This document shows, piece after piece, positions 13,501 to 26,480 of a stretch of DNA of 64,000 nt. The stretch's first letter is position 1, and each line of letters begins with the position of its first letter. This DNA comes from Ramazzottius varieornatus (lineage: Eukaryota; Animalia; Tardigrada): the NCBI GenBank assembly GCA_001949185.1, contig BDGG01000008.1:992001-1056000 (forward strand). The letters are read 5' to 3'. The notes below the pieces were generated by a model. It was given only the letters and a program-made list of their open reading frames with translations, did not search any database and was not told the origin of the DNA. A program made the translations under genes and the position numbers.

Positions 13501-14307
13501 GTCTCCGGGAATACCACCGTCAATGACAAACCACAGAGCGTTGCGCCGGTTGTGGCCTCATTGCTTTCCAAATGTCATCGGAAAACAACCTTGTCGCGAA
13601 ACAGCCGGTTTGGAACAGTGTCCAGTTCCATCTTTCGCATGGACTCAAAACCAATTCCTTACTTACCTCAGATCCTGTAATTGGAGACTGAGCCAAGCAT
13701 CCTGCAGACTCTCGAGGGGATTTTCTGCATAATCCCGAAGCAGCAAAAGCGCCATTTCATACTCTCTGAGCAAACTGGTGCAGAATTCGTCTGACTCGCG
13801 CAGTCTGTCCACAAAGTCAGTGAACAAGGCATGGTGAGGATGGCTGCTCGCCGAATCAAGTGCCCGAACAGTCTCGTGGATGTAACGGAGAACTGCGATC
13901 ACGAGTCTGCGTTCGCGGTAGAACTGCTTGAGAACGATCTCGGTGGCAGGACTGACGCGCATACCGTACAGACTGGACACTCGTCGACCATCAGCGGCTG
14001 CAGCATTCTCCACCACTTCGGTTGCAGAGGGGATATCAAAGTACAAGGTTTGGACGACTGAAGCTAGGAGCAGTGCTTGGTCACTGAGATCTTCTTTCGA
14101 TTTATCCTTCTTTGCTTCCTTGCTGAGAACAGTGAAGATGTCGTCGGTGGTCAGCGTTGTCGCTTCTTTCTTCGACAGACGAGAGTAGCGCGATAACCCA
14201 GACTGTAGAGCGGGCTCGTTCTTCCTGAGTAGTTCAGCTACCTCCGACGACTTCCTCGGAAAACTGTGGTTCGTTATGTAGTTCCATAACGACTCGAGCT
14301 GCTCCAT
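4543..14307 (-). CDS. NUP188: Nucleoporin Nup188 (multi-exon)
   Basis: N-terminus LWNYIT..LQSGLSRYS..FYRERRLVIAVL..HPHHALFTDFVDRL recalls Nup188; C-terminus LSFGTL..|..KLLDILERGCVFLMYQAVAF..LREISNEI; last exons 4842-5042 and 4543-4779 join in frame via introns 5043-7399 and 4780-4841; helical solenoid composition. Confidence 0.8.
5526..7300 (+). CDS. F-box domain protein nested antisense in a Nup188 intron (start codon not located)
   Basis: Splicing 5725^5866 gives LWNYLPYGVQVECFQNLEARNCRRLTRVSKDW (F-box pattern LP..x..F..L....RVSK.W); exons 5866-6654, 6740-6757 and 6956-~7221 join in frame. Confidence 0.65.
6778..6892 (+). repeat. N25 palindromic element, one internally deleted and one full copy (6850-6892)
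   Basis: In F-box gene intron 6758-6955. Confidence 0.8.
8502..8544 (+). repeat. N25 palindromic element
   Basis: GTAGCGCAC-N25-GTGCGCCAT, Nup188 intron. Confidence 0.8.
9321..9363 (+). repeat. N25 palindromic element
   Basis: GAGGCGCAC-N25-GTGCGCTAT, Nup188 intron. Confidence 0.8.
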
Positions 14308-14816
14308 CTTTCTTCTTTCGGAGTTCGGGAGTCGGGACACAGAAAACTTGAGGAAACTCGGGAGAGAGAAGTGATAATTGATAAAAATAAAATTTTCGAT
14401 GGAAAATTTTCGATGGAAAATTTATATGGTTAATAAATAATAATAGTCCGAATCCGCCAGGCGGACTCCGCCAGACTTACCTAACACAGTATGTCATAAG
14501 TTACGTCAGAAGTTGTGTCATAAGTCACAATCGATCTCCAATATAGCTAGTCCAATCTCGATTTCCGAAAACAGACTTTTGGACTGTTTTTCTTCCCGAA
14601 AATTACTGTAGCCATTCGCTCCCGTCTCATTCTACGGAGCTTCTTTACATCGATACGAGATCTACCCTGGGCTGGATTAGCCTCTACTACGGTAGGAAGT
14701 CACATATGGGGGTTTGTGTGCTCATCCAGTCATGTTTTGCTTTTGGTTTGCAGGTTAGAATCACAAACAGAAGTCATGGCTTGATTGGTTGAATCGTCCC
14801 GATACCTTCGCTGCCC

Positions 14817-17716
14817 ATGGCGCCAAAAGGTAAAGATAAGTACTTGAAGTCTGGAAACCAGCGGAAGGAAGCAGCTATTCCCGATGGAGCTTGTAAAATC
14901 TGTTTCGCCATCAAGAATCCTGACCCCTTGGTGGTTGCTTATGACGACACCAGGATGTAAGTGAATCATTCAATTCGAATTTAATGTTATACTCTATGCA
15001 GCTCACCCGGCAGCACTTACGCACCTTGAAGCCTGATTTCCTGTTGGTTTCTTCCAGACAATGTGACATGTGCAATGGTTATTTCCATCTTCACTGCGAG
15101 AAGTGTCGGGAAAAGGATCCCGAGCGTATCGAAAATTTTTACTGCCAAGAATGTACTGGTAAGCATCGTGACGACTTTGACTGTGACATCGCTGCTCTAT
15201 GTTCGTTCATTCCCACACTTGAAATCGGTAGTTCATTGATATTAATTTTGTGAACTCGGGAAAAGTTAGTTTAGTCCTTATTTTTACAACAAGCAATTCA
15301 ACACTGAAATGACCGGCTAAGAGTTTTCTTCTGTTTGCAGGGAAGCATCCAGAAAAAGTGACCACCTACCACCCGCGAAAGAAGCGTCGACGAACAGGAG
15401 CTCGCGAACTGTCGGTCCCTTGTTCAGACTCCAAGGCAAGCGAAACTTCTCGAGGAACATTCAGCTCCATCGACTCACCGATGACCCTATTGTCTACTTC
15501 CGTCCAAACCTCAAAAGGTTCTCCTACTTCAGCCTCGGAATCGTTCCACAATTCCTCCAAGACAGCCCCCACAGTTCCCGATCTGATGTTGACGCCCTCG
15601 GCCACCTCCGAGCGTGCTCCTAACGTTTCCAAACCTCGCTCCACTCACCCAAAGGCCGATGCTTCAGCACTTCCTCCGGCCAGCCTGTCTCTTGCTCCCG
15701 CTGAGCTCCAGAAAGTCAAGAAGCCAGCAGAGTCTACGAAAGAACCCAAAATACTGGTGCAAGCGGGCGACGTTTCGGTAGATTCTCGGGAACCGAAGTC
15801 TGCTTCCAGCGACTGCTCCGAATCGTCACGTTCGTCGAAGCCATGCCTGTGTACCGCCTCACAGTCCCACGTTTCTCTCATTTCTCGGCCTACGGTTGCA
15901 GGTATCACTTCCGGTTCGCCATCGCCCACTCCTACTGGCACAAAGTCGTTTGCATTTGACCAACTCAATGCAGCTTCGTCGGGGATGCCAAGTATGGTTT
16001 CGGATGGGCCTGTGGAAGGCCTCCAGGTGGCTGAAGCTGTAACAGAAGGTGACCCGGAAGTTCCTGTCGAAAGTTTAGGGGCTCACCAGGAATGTGTGAC
16101 GCAGTCGGTACCCGACAACGAAAGAATGGACGGGGAAGGAAGAACTTGGCTGACCGAGAAGGAAGACATTAGTGAAGCAAGAGAAGAGCCCATGAATGTC
16201 GAACAAGCGGCTGACGATCTCGTGGATAAGGAGGTCGAGACGCAGGAGAAGATGCGAGACATGAGCGTTAGCCGGATCAGTCTCGGACTCGGGGAAACGG
16301 TGATCTCTGCCGAAATAATTCCTCGGACGATCGTGGCAAGGAAGGCACCCCAGGCGTTTCTCGATGAAATCGGAGAACTTAGCCCCGACGAGGATGAGGA
16401 AGATGAAGAAGAGAAGTCTGTCGCATCTAACCACAATGGTACTACTTTGCTCTGCAGCATTCTCTTCAGACATTATACCGAACCTCGACAAATGACCTGA
16501 GCCTGGTCGTCGTTTTCCCAAGTGGCGCACACCAGAAACAAAGACACTGAGAACGTGCGCCACTTGAAATAACTCTCGCGTTCAATTCATTTGCTGTCTT
16601 CACAATTCCATTGTGATTTTTCATAGGATGCAATTTCTTTTGTATACAGAGATTGGTGTAGCTGATGTCGTTACGGCGCACTTCGAGCCTTCGTCAGATG
16701 AACGGGAGGGTTCTTCGTCCACCGCGTCATCAACCTCATCCAGCAGCTGTACTTCGTCCGTCAGTACAGTCGTCGACGTGGCTGCACCTTCTATGGAAGT
16801 TAACGTGTATGCAGTCCCTCTGCACGAAATCACTAACAAGGAAGTACTCGCACGCGCTTTGAGACATGACCCCTTTGTCCAGAGGCAAGTCGATGAAATC
16901 ATCGTTAAAAACGGGAGCAAGCGTAAGCAACTTCGACATTCGAACGTTTTGAACTTCAGTTGGTCCCATTGCTTATATTTGTGTATGGTTTTCAGTGTCT
17001 CGAGAGGACATCATGGTGTGGTTCGATCACAGTGGAGAACTGGACAACGTGCTGAAGTTCAGAAGTATGGTCGCCAGCCAGCTGCCGAAAAAATGAAGGG
17101 GACGTTCGGACTTTCCGCAAGCCTAACGCACAAACCTCACAGTTCCTCCGCTGTTGGAGGTTCTGCTCAAGCAAGTTCCTTAAGACAGGTAGTATTTTCG
17201 GTAGGATAGTCAGTCCAGTATCATGCTTTCTTGCTTTTTCATCTGATCTGCGATATCAGAACAGTTGTTTTTTGTACATTTTTACAATTTGGACATACTT
17301 CTCTATTGCTTTCCTCGCTACTCTTTCATTGCTTCCGATGCAGATTTCTCGTTTCTTTTGCCAGTATTACGCAACACGCTCACTATATGAAATAGTTGAC
17401 TTCTAATACTTTCTCCTTTGTGTGCTTTCATTTGAGAGAAAGCTTTTGGCGAAATTTACTTTAATTAAATCCTTTTTACTTCTAAGGCTCGGTCACATCG
17501 GTTGTGTTTTTTTTGTCGAAGTTTGCCTGGTACGACCACTTATTGGGGACCTGTAAAATAGGCAAGAGATCACCAGGTGAGTTTCGATCGCCAAACATTC
17601 ATCAACGTCGTCGGCCTTTCACGTTGTACAGAACTGCGCCTTACCGTGTTTCTCGCTTACAGGATTCGATGAGTTCTCGAGATGGATTCTTACGTCAATG
17701 GTCGAGCCGACCATGA
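14817..17716 (+). CDS. PHD-finger protein with long Ser/Pro/Glu-rich disordered region
   Basis: MAPKG..CKIC..|QCDMCNGYFHLHC...FYCQEC = C4HC3 PHD across an intron; NLS-like RKKRRR; 3' end uncertain. Confidence 0.7.
16522..16563 (+). repeat. N25 palindromic element (24-nt spacer)
   Basis: Perfect arms, PHD gene intron. Confidence 0.85.
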
Positions 17717-18369
17717 AGAAGAAAGGGAGGGTACGTGCGCATCACCAAGGTACGTGCAACAGTAGGTTACACCGTTACAGTGGAACCCGCTATCTTAGCG
17801 TGAATAATGTTTTTTGTAAGATGGTCGCGATTAGGCGGTTTTTTTTGTAATGTGCTGAATTAATCATACGACCACCGTGAGATGGAATGCCAATATTGCA
17901 CAGATTTCCCAGTGAACTAGGTACTTTTAGAATAATTTCCGAATGGCTGCAGGGCCTTTCAACAACAACCCCTCGATGGCGGCAACATTGGAAGATAGCT
18001 AATGAACCATGGGTACTTGAAGTTGTTGTTGTACGGTAGCAGAAACTCCTGAAAAGATCTTGTTTTGACTTTAGAATTGGTAGGGTATTTGGGAAAATTT
18101 GTGGGAATACTTTGAGTACATCTGACAGCTCACCCCGAGTTATCTGGATGTTTGGGACAACTGTATCGTGTGTTGTTGCCGAATTCAGATAACCCGAAAG
18201 CAGAACGCTACAAAGGTCTGTCCGATCACCGGTGGCAGTTGATACGGTTCTGGTTTGCAGTGACTCCATTTTTACAAGCTGTCTGGCTTTATTATGGTGA
18301 AGTAGACGAAGTGATCGTTCTGACCTTCAGAATAAATTACCTGTCTGTGATTTTGATTCAGAGATTTTT

Positions 18370-21300
18370 ATGATGGCCGGTACCGACAAGGACGATACGT
18401 CCATCGAAATGTCCGGTTTCTCGGTCAAGCGAGAAAACTTGTCGGCTTTGATGAAGCTGTCTGGTTCGAAGGTCAAGGAATCTGTGGAGAAAGATTTTGG
18501 CGGTGTCACGGAACTATGCGCAAAACTGCAGACCAGTCCAACAGCGGGTATTTCGCTAAACAGTAACCGGTTACTCGACGAAGAAAGTCGACAAGATTGT
18601 GGTCTTAAGTGGCGCAAAGTTTCCGCCAATAACACCGAAAGCGTGCGCCACTTGGGAAAACAATCTTGTCGAGTTTCTTTGCCTAGGTTGATTGTGATAT
18701 ATGTGATACAGTACGTTCCCGTACAGGAATATCGGGGGACGCGCAAGAGATTCGCCGCCGGGAAGCAGCATACGGCGAGAATGCCATCCCGATGAAGAAG
18801 TCCAAGAGCTTCCTACAGCTTGTATGGAAGGCCTTGAAGGACCCAACGCTTCTCATTCTGGAGGCTGCGGCGGTAGTCTCCATTGCAGTAGCCCTGTACA
18901 ATATTTTCGGGACACCCGGAGAAGTCACTTCACACAACAGTAACTCTACGACGTCTTCCCCACAGAATACCTCAGGTATGTTAGAACACGTTCCTCGTTG
19001 GGTTAGCTTCGTGTTGAGAAGTTGAGGATCACATACCTGGCTCGCTGTTTTCAAATGTCGTTTCGACAAGTTTACGAGGTAAGTCTTCCCTTCTACAATC
19101 CGGTTGGTGACACCTGAGTTTTGTCGAAGGGAAAGTTCTCGGACTGAACTCAAAATGACGGAGCTCTTATCTTGCAGTAGTGGATGAAGATGACAACGAC
19201 GGCGACCTGGAGTGGATCGAAGGTGTGGCTATCTGTGTTGCCGTGATCATCGTAGTCATGGTCTCCGCAGTGAACGACTACGGAAAAGAAAGGAAGTTCC
19301 GTGATCTTCAGAAAGAAGTGAAGAAAGAACATCAGGTTACTGTGATTAGGAATGGACAGCAGACCCTTATCCCAAACGACGAACTCGTCGTCGGAGATAT
19401 CTCTGTCCTCAAATACGGTGAGACTGAAAGACCATTTTAGTGTTTCAAAATTCTCAAAGCTTTACTTTGTTTCCCTAGGCGATGTTGTCCCGGCCGATGG
19501 ACTGTTATTGAGTGGTCAAGACTTGAGGGTGGATGAAAGCTCGTTAACGGGTGAATCGGACCACGTCAAGAAGAATGTCGACGATGACGTCAGAGTACTC
19601 TCAGGTAAAGAATTTACGGCTGTTAAAGAAAAATCTAGTAGCAATTTAATAAAAATCACTAATAACCGATCAGATCCCCGCTAATAATAAAAAAGGTCTG
19701 TTTTGAAAGTGGTCCCTGAAAACGACTGAATTTCTTACAGGAACGAATGTGATGGAGGGAACGGGGAAGATGCTGGTGGTGGCTGTGGGATTGCACTCGC
19801 AGACCGGCATTATCTTTTCACTGTTGGGTACGACAGGGAGAGCCAAGAAACAAAGCTGGATGTCCAAGCAGCTTTCAAAATTCAAGAGCAAGCCGAAAGC
19901 AGAGAAAGATAAAGATACTGGGAAGCGGGCTTCCTTTTCACAGAGAACCAACGCCGATGTCGAAGCCGATCGGGCGGTGTCGAAGCAAGTGAAGAAGGAC
20001 TCTGATGACGAATTCTGCGACGCGGAAGAGGGCGATGAGGAACAGTCAGTGCTACAGAAGAAACTAGCTTTGATCGCACTGCGAATCGGCAAAATAGGTG
20101 AGCCAAAACGGGATTTTTGTCACATATGCTGAATTTTACTGTTGGATATTCGTTCTGGCTGAGTGACCTATATGTTCTTTCCTGTATACGTAGGTCTGGC
20201 CTTCGCTGTCGCCACGGCGGCCATTATCATTATCCGTTTCTGCGTGCAACAGTACGTTATCGACAAACAAGGCTGGCATGCGAAGGACGTTGAGAACATC
20301 TTGTATGGTATTATTACTGGGATCACCATCTTGGTGATTGCCATTCCGGAAGGCTTACCTCTGGCCGTCACCCTAACCCTAGCTGTCTCATCCAAGGTAC
20401 CGTACCCTTATCGCTTTCTCGAGAGAAGTCCACGCAGCGCAAAACATACTTGGCTTTCTGAATTTTCCATTTGCTGTAGAAAATGATGAAGGACCACAAT
20501 CTCGTGAGGAACTTGTTCGCATGTGAAACCATGGGCTGCGCTACCACGATTTGCTCGGACAAGACGGGCACTCTAACCACAAACCGAATGACGGTGACCG
20601 AAGGCTATGTCGGAAGTTCGTATTGTATTGTATATATCGCTGATAATATTTTTTCTTCGGCTTTTGAAGGAAAACTTTAGATGACAAATTGTTCAATGTC
20701 GAAATTGTTTCTACAGAGAAAACCTTTGCTGCGGAAAACCTGGTGTCGAAGGACAAGGTAATCGATCGATCCGTGCTGGAGCGTTTAGCCGAAGGCATCG
20801 CCGTTAACAGTGGCTACAGCACGAATATTGTTCCTTCCAAAGACGGGAGTCTTCCGTCGCAGATTGGTAACAAGACCGAGTGCGCACTTCTTGGTTACAT
20901 TCAAGGTCTCGGCTATGACTACATGAACATCCGCAACAGGCACCCAGAAGAGTCCTTCGTCAAAGTCCACACGTTCAACTCCAAGAGAAAGTTCATGGCG
21001 ACCGTCCTCGACTTGAAGGAAGACAACGTGTGGCGGATCCACTGTAAAGGTGCTGCGGAAATTATTCTTCAAAAGTATGTCCTTCAATCAATCAGTTTTC
21101 AATTTGAAGAAAAAAGTTGACTTATGTTTTTTGGTTATTTTTTCCAGGTGTGATGGTATCATGGAAGCCGATGGGACAGTTACGGAACTGTCCGGTGAAA
21201 GCAAGCAAGAAATTCTCGAAGACGTGATACCCAAGATGGCGTCTTGCGGTCTACGCACCATCTGTGTAGCGTACAAAGATGTTCCTGCTGGTTCGAACAA

Positions 21301-23183
21301 CATTAAAGATGACGATGACTCCAAGTCACTCGATGGCTTTACCTGTCTAGCGATCTTTGGTATTGAGGACCCAGTGAGGCAGGAAGTCCCGGCAGCCATC
21401 AGGCAGTGTCAGAAGGCCGGTGTGATCGTCCGGATGGTCACAGGGGACAATGTTAATACCGCCAGGTCGATCGCTACGAAGTGTGGCATCATCACGGAGA
21501 AAGAAGGCATCGCGGAAAACGCCGTACTGGAAGGCGAGGAGTTCAACCGCCTTATACGGAGCCCCGATGGTCATGTAAGCCGGGCTTGTGTCGAGCAAGG
21601 CTTGGTTAGATACATTCGTGGAGAAAGGGCGAAATAGCTAAGACGCTGCCGCGCTAGATGGGTGCAAACAATCTGAATCAGTTCACTTTCCCAAGTGGCG
21701 CATACTTCTACCCAGTAACACCAAAGAAGTGCGCCACTTGAGCGAATGATTTATCAGTAGTTCAGTTCTTTGACCACGTCCCGAACGCCTTTCCACGAGG
21801 CTTTCTGTTTTGCGTGCGAGATACGCTTTTATTTTCATGCTTGCTTCGGCACAGGTGGACCAGGATAAGTTCGATAGTCTCTGGCCGAACCTGCGAGTGC
21901 TTGCGAGGTCCACGCCACAAGACAAGCACAAACTTGTGTCAGGGATCATCCACAGCAAGCTTTCGAAGCACAGGGACGTGGTGGCGGTAACGGGTGATGG
22001 CGCAAATGATGCACCGGCTTTGAAGAAGGCCCATGTGGGCTTCGCCATGGTAAGTTGCTTGATCAGTTGACTCATTCGCGCACTTATCTTCTGTTTTCAC
22101 ACAGGGTATTGCGGGAACTGATGTGGCCAAAGAAGCTTCGGATATCATCATCACGGACGATAACTTCATCAGCATTGTCAAAGCTTGCATGTGGGGAAGA
22201 AACATCTACGACAATATTTGCAAGTTTTTGCAATTCCAGCTGACGGTCAATGTGGCTGCTTTGATCCTGGCCTTCGTGGCTGCCTGCGTTACCGGTGTAA
22301 CTTTCTCAGTTTCTCATTCGGTTTTCGAGCCGACATCTACCGACTTGCTACCGTACTATTCTTCGTTGTAGGAATCTCCATTGAAACCAGTTCCTATGTT
22401 GTTCATCAACCTCATCCAAGATTCGTTGGCGTCTCTGGCGCTTTCGACCGAGATGCCGACGGAGCACCTGCTTGAACGGAAACCATACGGAAGGAAAGCC
22501 AACCTGTTGAGCCGGATCATGCTGCGGAATATCCTGGGACAAGCATTCTTCCAACTAGCCGTCACATTCATCCTCGTTTTCAGTAAAAACTGACAGCTAA
22601 ATTTTTGAAGCTCATAGACTGATTATATGATTCGTCTATTTTTATTAATATGTATGTATAGCTCCGGCAGACAGGGGAATACCGTACCTTGGTGTGCCGC
22701 CACCCGGAACCACGCCCAGAGACATCAGCATCAAGCGAGATACCCTCGTCTTCAATGTCTTCGCCTTTATGACGATATTCAATCTTATCAACTGTTAGTG
22801 GAGAAAAGAGCCCGAGACCAAATTGCTTTACAGAAAAATGCTGAATATTTTTGTTTTATTGCAGCTCGCTGTATTCACAATGAGCGGAACGTCTTCTCAA
22901 GGCTGCACAAAAATTACGTCTTTCTAGTCATATTCTTCGGGATGATTACCGCGCAGGTCAGCGTTTTCTCTGAATTCCGTCAGTACGTTACGTCATTTCA
23001 GATTCTTCTTTCCAGGCGATCGTGGTAGAGTTCGCCAAGAGTGCTTTCAAAGTGAACGGGCTTTCCTGGGAGCAGTGGCTCCTCAGTTTGGGAGCGGGGT
23101 TCGCCAGTTTACTCTGGTATCAAATTCTTGTTTCTGTGCCGGTAAAATTTGGCCAGAAAGCTGAAGTTGGCCAAGTTGAGTAA
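18370..23183 (+). CDS. PMCA: Plasma-membrane Ca2+-transporting ATPase (P2B/PMCA), divergent paralog
   Basis: [59 protein letters not shown] motifs across many exons; stop at 23181-23183. Confidence 0.95.
18581..18680 (+). repeat. N25 palindromic element with extended outer inverted arms (~100 bp)
   Basis: AAGAAAGTCGACAAGATTGT...AAGTGGCGCAA-N25-GTGCGCCACTT...ACAATCTTGTCGAGTTTCTT, PMCA intron 1. Confidence 0.9.
21695..21737 (+). repeat. N25 palindromic element
   Basis: PMCA intron. Confidence 0.85.
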
Positions 23184-23562
23184 GATATATAGTTCGTACT
23201 GCCCTGTTTGAACTTAAATTTTCAAAGATTGAAGGGCTGACTGGATGTCGGTAAAGTTGGTTTCTCGACGAATGTTGAGCGTACGACAATCCTATGCACA
23301 TAAAGTTGACGAAAATCTTGAAACTTCCATTTTTTATTCTTGACTCAGCCTGAAATTCGTGATTTTGCTAATCCTTCCATACGAAATTGTCCTGAATGGG
23401 CTGTTTAATAGCTTTGAGAAACCACTCCACTATATGCTTCTCAGCTGGTGTCATGTGCTCAGATCATTCTTCTTTACGGAAGTTTGGTTTGTCAGGGCCG
23501 TTTGTCAACAGTAAAGTGTGGAAGTTGGGGGCGCAGCGGCTGGACTGAGAAGTATTTTCAAC

Positions 23563-26130
23563 ATGGCGTCCCGAGTGTGGTGGAGCGCTGCGATTCTGTG
23601 GATGATCATGGTTCGCAAAGTCCTCGGTACACCGTACATTTTCCTTGGATCTGACTTCAGCTTTCTTCGTTCAACTGATTGGATGTTTTTGTTCCGCAGG
23701 TACATACAACGTTGACCCGTCCTTTTCGAGATGGCCAACTAAATCGGCGATCCCTTTCTACATGGACACTTCCTATTACAGTACGATACAGTACGAAACT
23801 CAAACATTCAGTTGCTGCATAACCAACAAGTCTGCCTTTGCAGCGCCCACCGAACAAGGCTGGATCCGATCCGCAGCCAGTAAAATCATGGCGGACTTAC
23901 AAGGCTGTGTCACATTCGTGGAGACCACAGCTAGCGATCCCCGCTTCAAGATTTTCATCACGCCCTACAACGACTACGGGTACGTAAACTCTCCAACAAC
24001 CAAGGTCTGAAATTAAAAGAACCAGAATCTGATGTCTTGATGTGTTATGTTCCGCAGTGTACTCCAGACATTCTGTTACTCGTATCAAGGGCAATATAAC
24101 CTGCTGGTCAACACCGTTCAGCCATTCCAGCGAATGATCCTTGTCCGCGGAGCGCCTTACGGCTGCCTAGACGGCACTCTGCGAAACATCATGAAGTACT
24201 TTGCGATCATTCTCGGTAAACGCAATGAACATCAGCGCGGAGATCGTGAAAACTACATCAATGTCATCAACGCTAATATTGCTGTACCGGTAGGTCGAAC
24301 CTCAAATCAGGAACCGCTTCTAGAAAGACTTTAGCACGAGTTCGTTGTTCCTTGGCAGAACTCCTACCGACTGTACAACGACAGTGAAGCTCGTTGGAGC
24401 CTAAAACCATACGATTTCTGCTCCATTACGCACAACAGAATAAACGATTACTCCACACCGGGTACCAACGCTTTCACCATTGCGGCCAGTTCCGGTCCCG
24501 GTGGTATTCCCTTTCTGAACACCATCAGTCAGATTGACTGCCAGTTGATCAGCATGATATATAACTGTGATCCAAATTTATGTCCCGCCCGTAAGTTTAG
24601 ATACTTTCACATTTCCCTGAAACTAACGGGAAAAAATTTATGGGGTGCGTATACTCTTTTGTGGTTACAGTGGACTGCAATGCAGCTCGCCTGAGCGCTG
24701 GAGCCTCCACCACCCTTGCTCCGGTCACATCGACCACGCCTTTTCCCACAACTACTCCCGCCTACTGCCCTACCAATTATTTCTGCACACGCCCGACCGA
24801 GGAGTCCAGCTACCTCCTCGGACCATATCAGTTCTACCAAACTTTACTCATGTACAGCGGTAAGTACGTAGCGCTGCGGACGCATGCCTCGTTCCCATCT
24901 GTCCTGAAGGTCTGTCACATTGATGCCTGTGTTGTTCTGCGTGTAGGTCCCTGCGTGATGGAGTACACCTTCGACTGGAACACGGGCTTTTTCAATCCAT
25001 CAGGGCCTCCCGTTCCCGTCACCACCTACTTTCCCTCTCCTGGTGGTCCAACCGCCGTGACACCAGTTGATTTGGCTTATATGCAGGTGGACCCGAACGG
25101 CGCTCAGTTGTTGCTGACCGTGGCCAACTCTGTAAGGACTGCTGAAGCGCGCTCCGTTACTTTAAAGGGCCGATCAGTTCCTTCATACGTGTCCGAACTT
25201 TTACCGTGGGCCATGGGCAGTGTTCACTGTGTGGTCCACGGTACAGATTCGGACTCGTATGAACGAAATGATCGGCATTTTAAATTACCATACGAATAAC
25301 CTGATCTGGCTGACTGACGTCCTTTGATCCTTTCCCATCTCGTTCTAGGCTTCAGCAACAGGACTGACCTGCAGCACCGATCCTTCCGTCCCTACCAATG
25401 CAGCCACATGTCCGACAGCTGCGGGGTCCTCTACGATTCTAGCAAGTAAGTTCCCAGTTTCCGTGTTGCGTTTACTTGAATTACTTCATCCTTTTGCCCT
25501 AAATTCTCCTGTAACATTGACTTTAGATGCCCTGGCAAAAGTCAGCAGTGTCACCACTCAAATCAACTTGCAGATCCCTGATATTTACCAATATGTCGTA
25601 CTCAAACGTAAGTTGGCAATGAACCTGCATACAGTTCCATACGGTGGTTATCCTAGCCTACAGTGTTTAACGACAGAGACGCTTGATCTCTTCAGCTGGC
25701 AACAATGAAATCGCCCTGATGAGTTCCGACTTTACCCAGACCTTCGCTCAGTCCACTGGCTTTCTGACGAGCGGTGTCGGTGGGGTCACTGGGGCTCCTA
25801 TGGTCACCATTACTGCTCTGCAGATTCTGCAGGACCAGTCGAACGTCAACAACGACCTCATGGCTGTTTTTGGCACGGATGCCGCCGGAAACCCCCTTGT
25901 CGGCTTCGTGGACATGCTAACAACAGCCGATCCTCTTCTTCCTATCGGTCCATGGGCGGTAAGTAAAGTTCACCTCTGATAATCAACCGAAGCTAGAGTG
26001 AAACACTGACTGGATCTCGTGGAGCGTGACGTACTGTACCACGAGCTGTCATTGCTAACATAAACTCTGCTTGCAGTGGATGGGAACTCCCATGCCCCTC
26101 GCGCAGACATTCTCCAGATATTGCCCATAG
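23563..26130 (+). CDS. Secreted astacin-like pseudoprotease with Thr-rich linker and possible hemopexin-like C-terminus
   Basis: Signal peptide; RWP..IPFY, CVTFVE, CYS, GC, LGKRNEHQRGDRENYI, YDFCSITH; the HExxH position reads KYFAI. Confidence 0.75.
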
Positions 26131-26480
26131 CTGCACAAAACCCTTTCTCAGTGAGTTTCTAGATTTGGTTGATCTGAATTAGCATCCGAAACAACATTTG
26201 CTGCTCTTCGTCAGAAGTTCGCCTGATCAGAAGTTATTCATCGGGAAGCAAACTGGCAGTAACACCTTCCCGTTTCTCAGAAACAAAATAATCAAAGAGA
26301 AGGGGCTTCTAGTCCATGTCACTCATTTCTGTTACCGATACTAATTAGAATAGTCTTCCACAATATCGATGGCAAACTAAGGAAGTGTTTCGGGTTCTTT
26401 GTTTCACATTGTGGCATCGCAGTCAACAGAAAATGAAATAAACGTCTACAGACGAAAGATGCTGTACGTATATCAATTCG

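Noticed and set aside
17776-18269. TACAGTGGAACCCGC pogo-like TIR start and a 159-aa minus-strand ORF
   Set aside because: No matching second TIR and no transposase motifs found.
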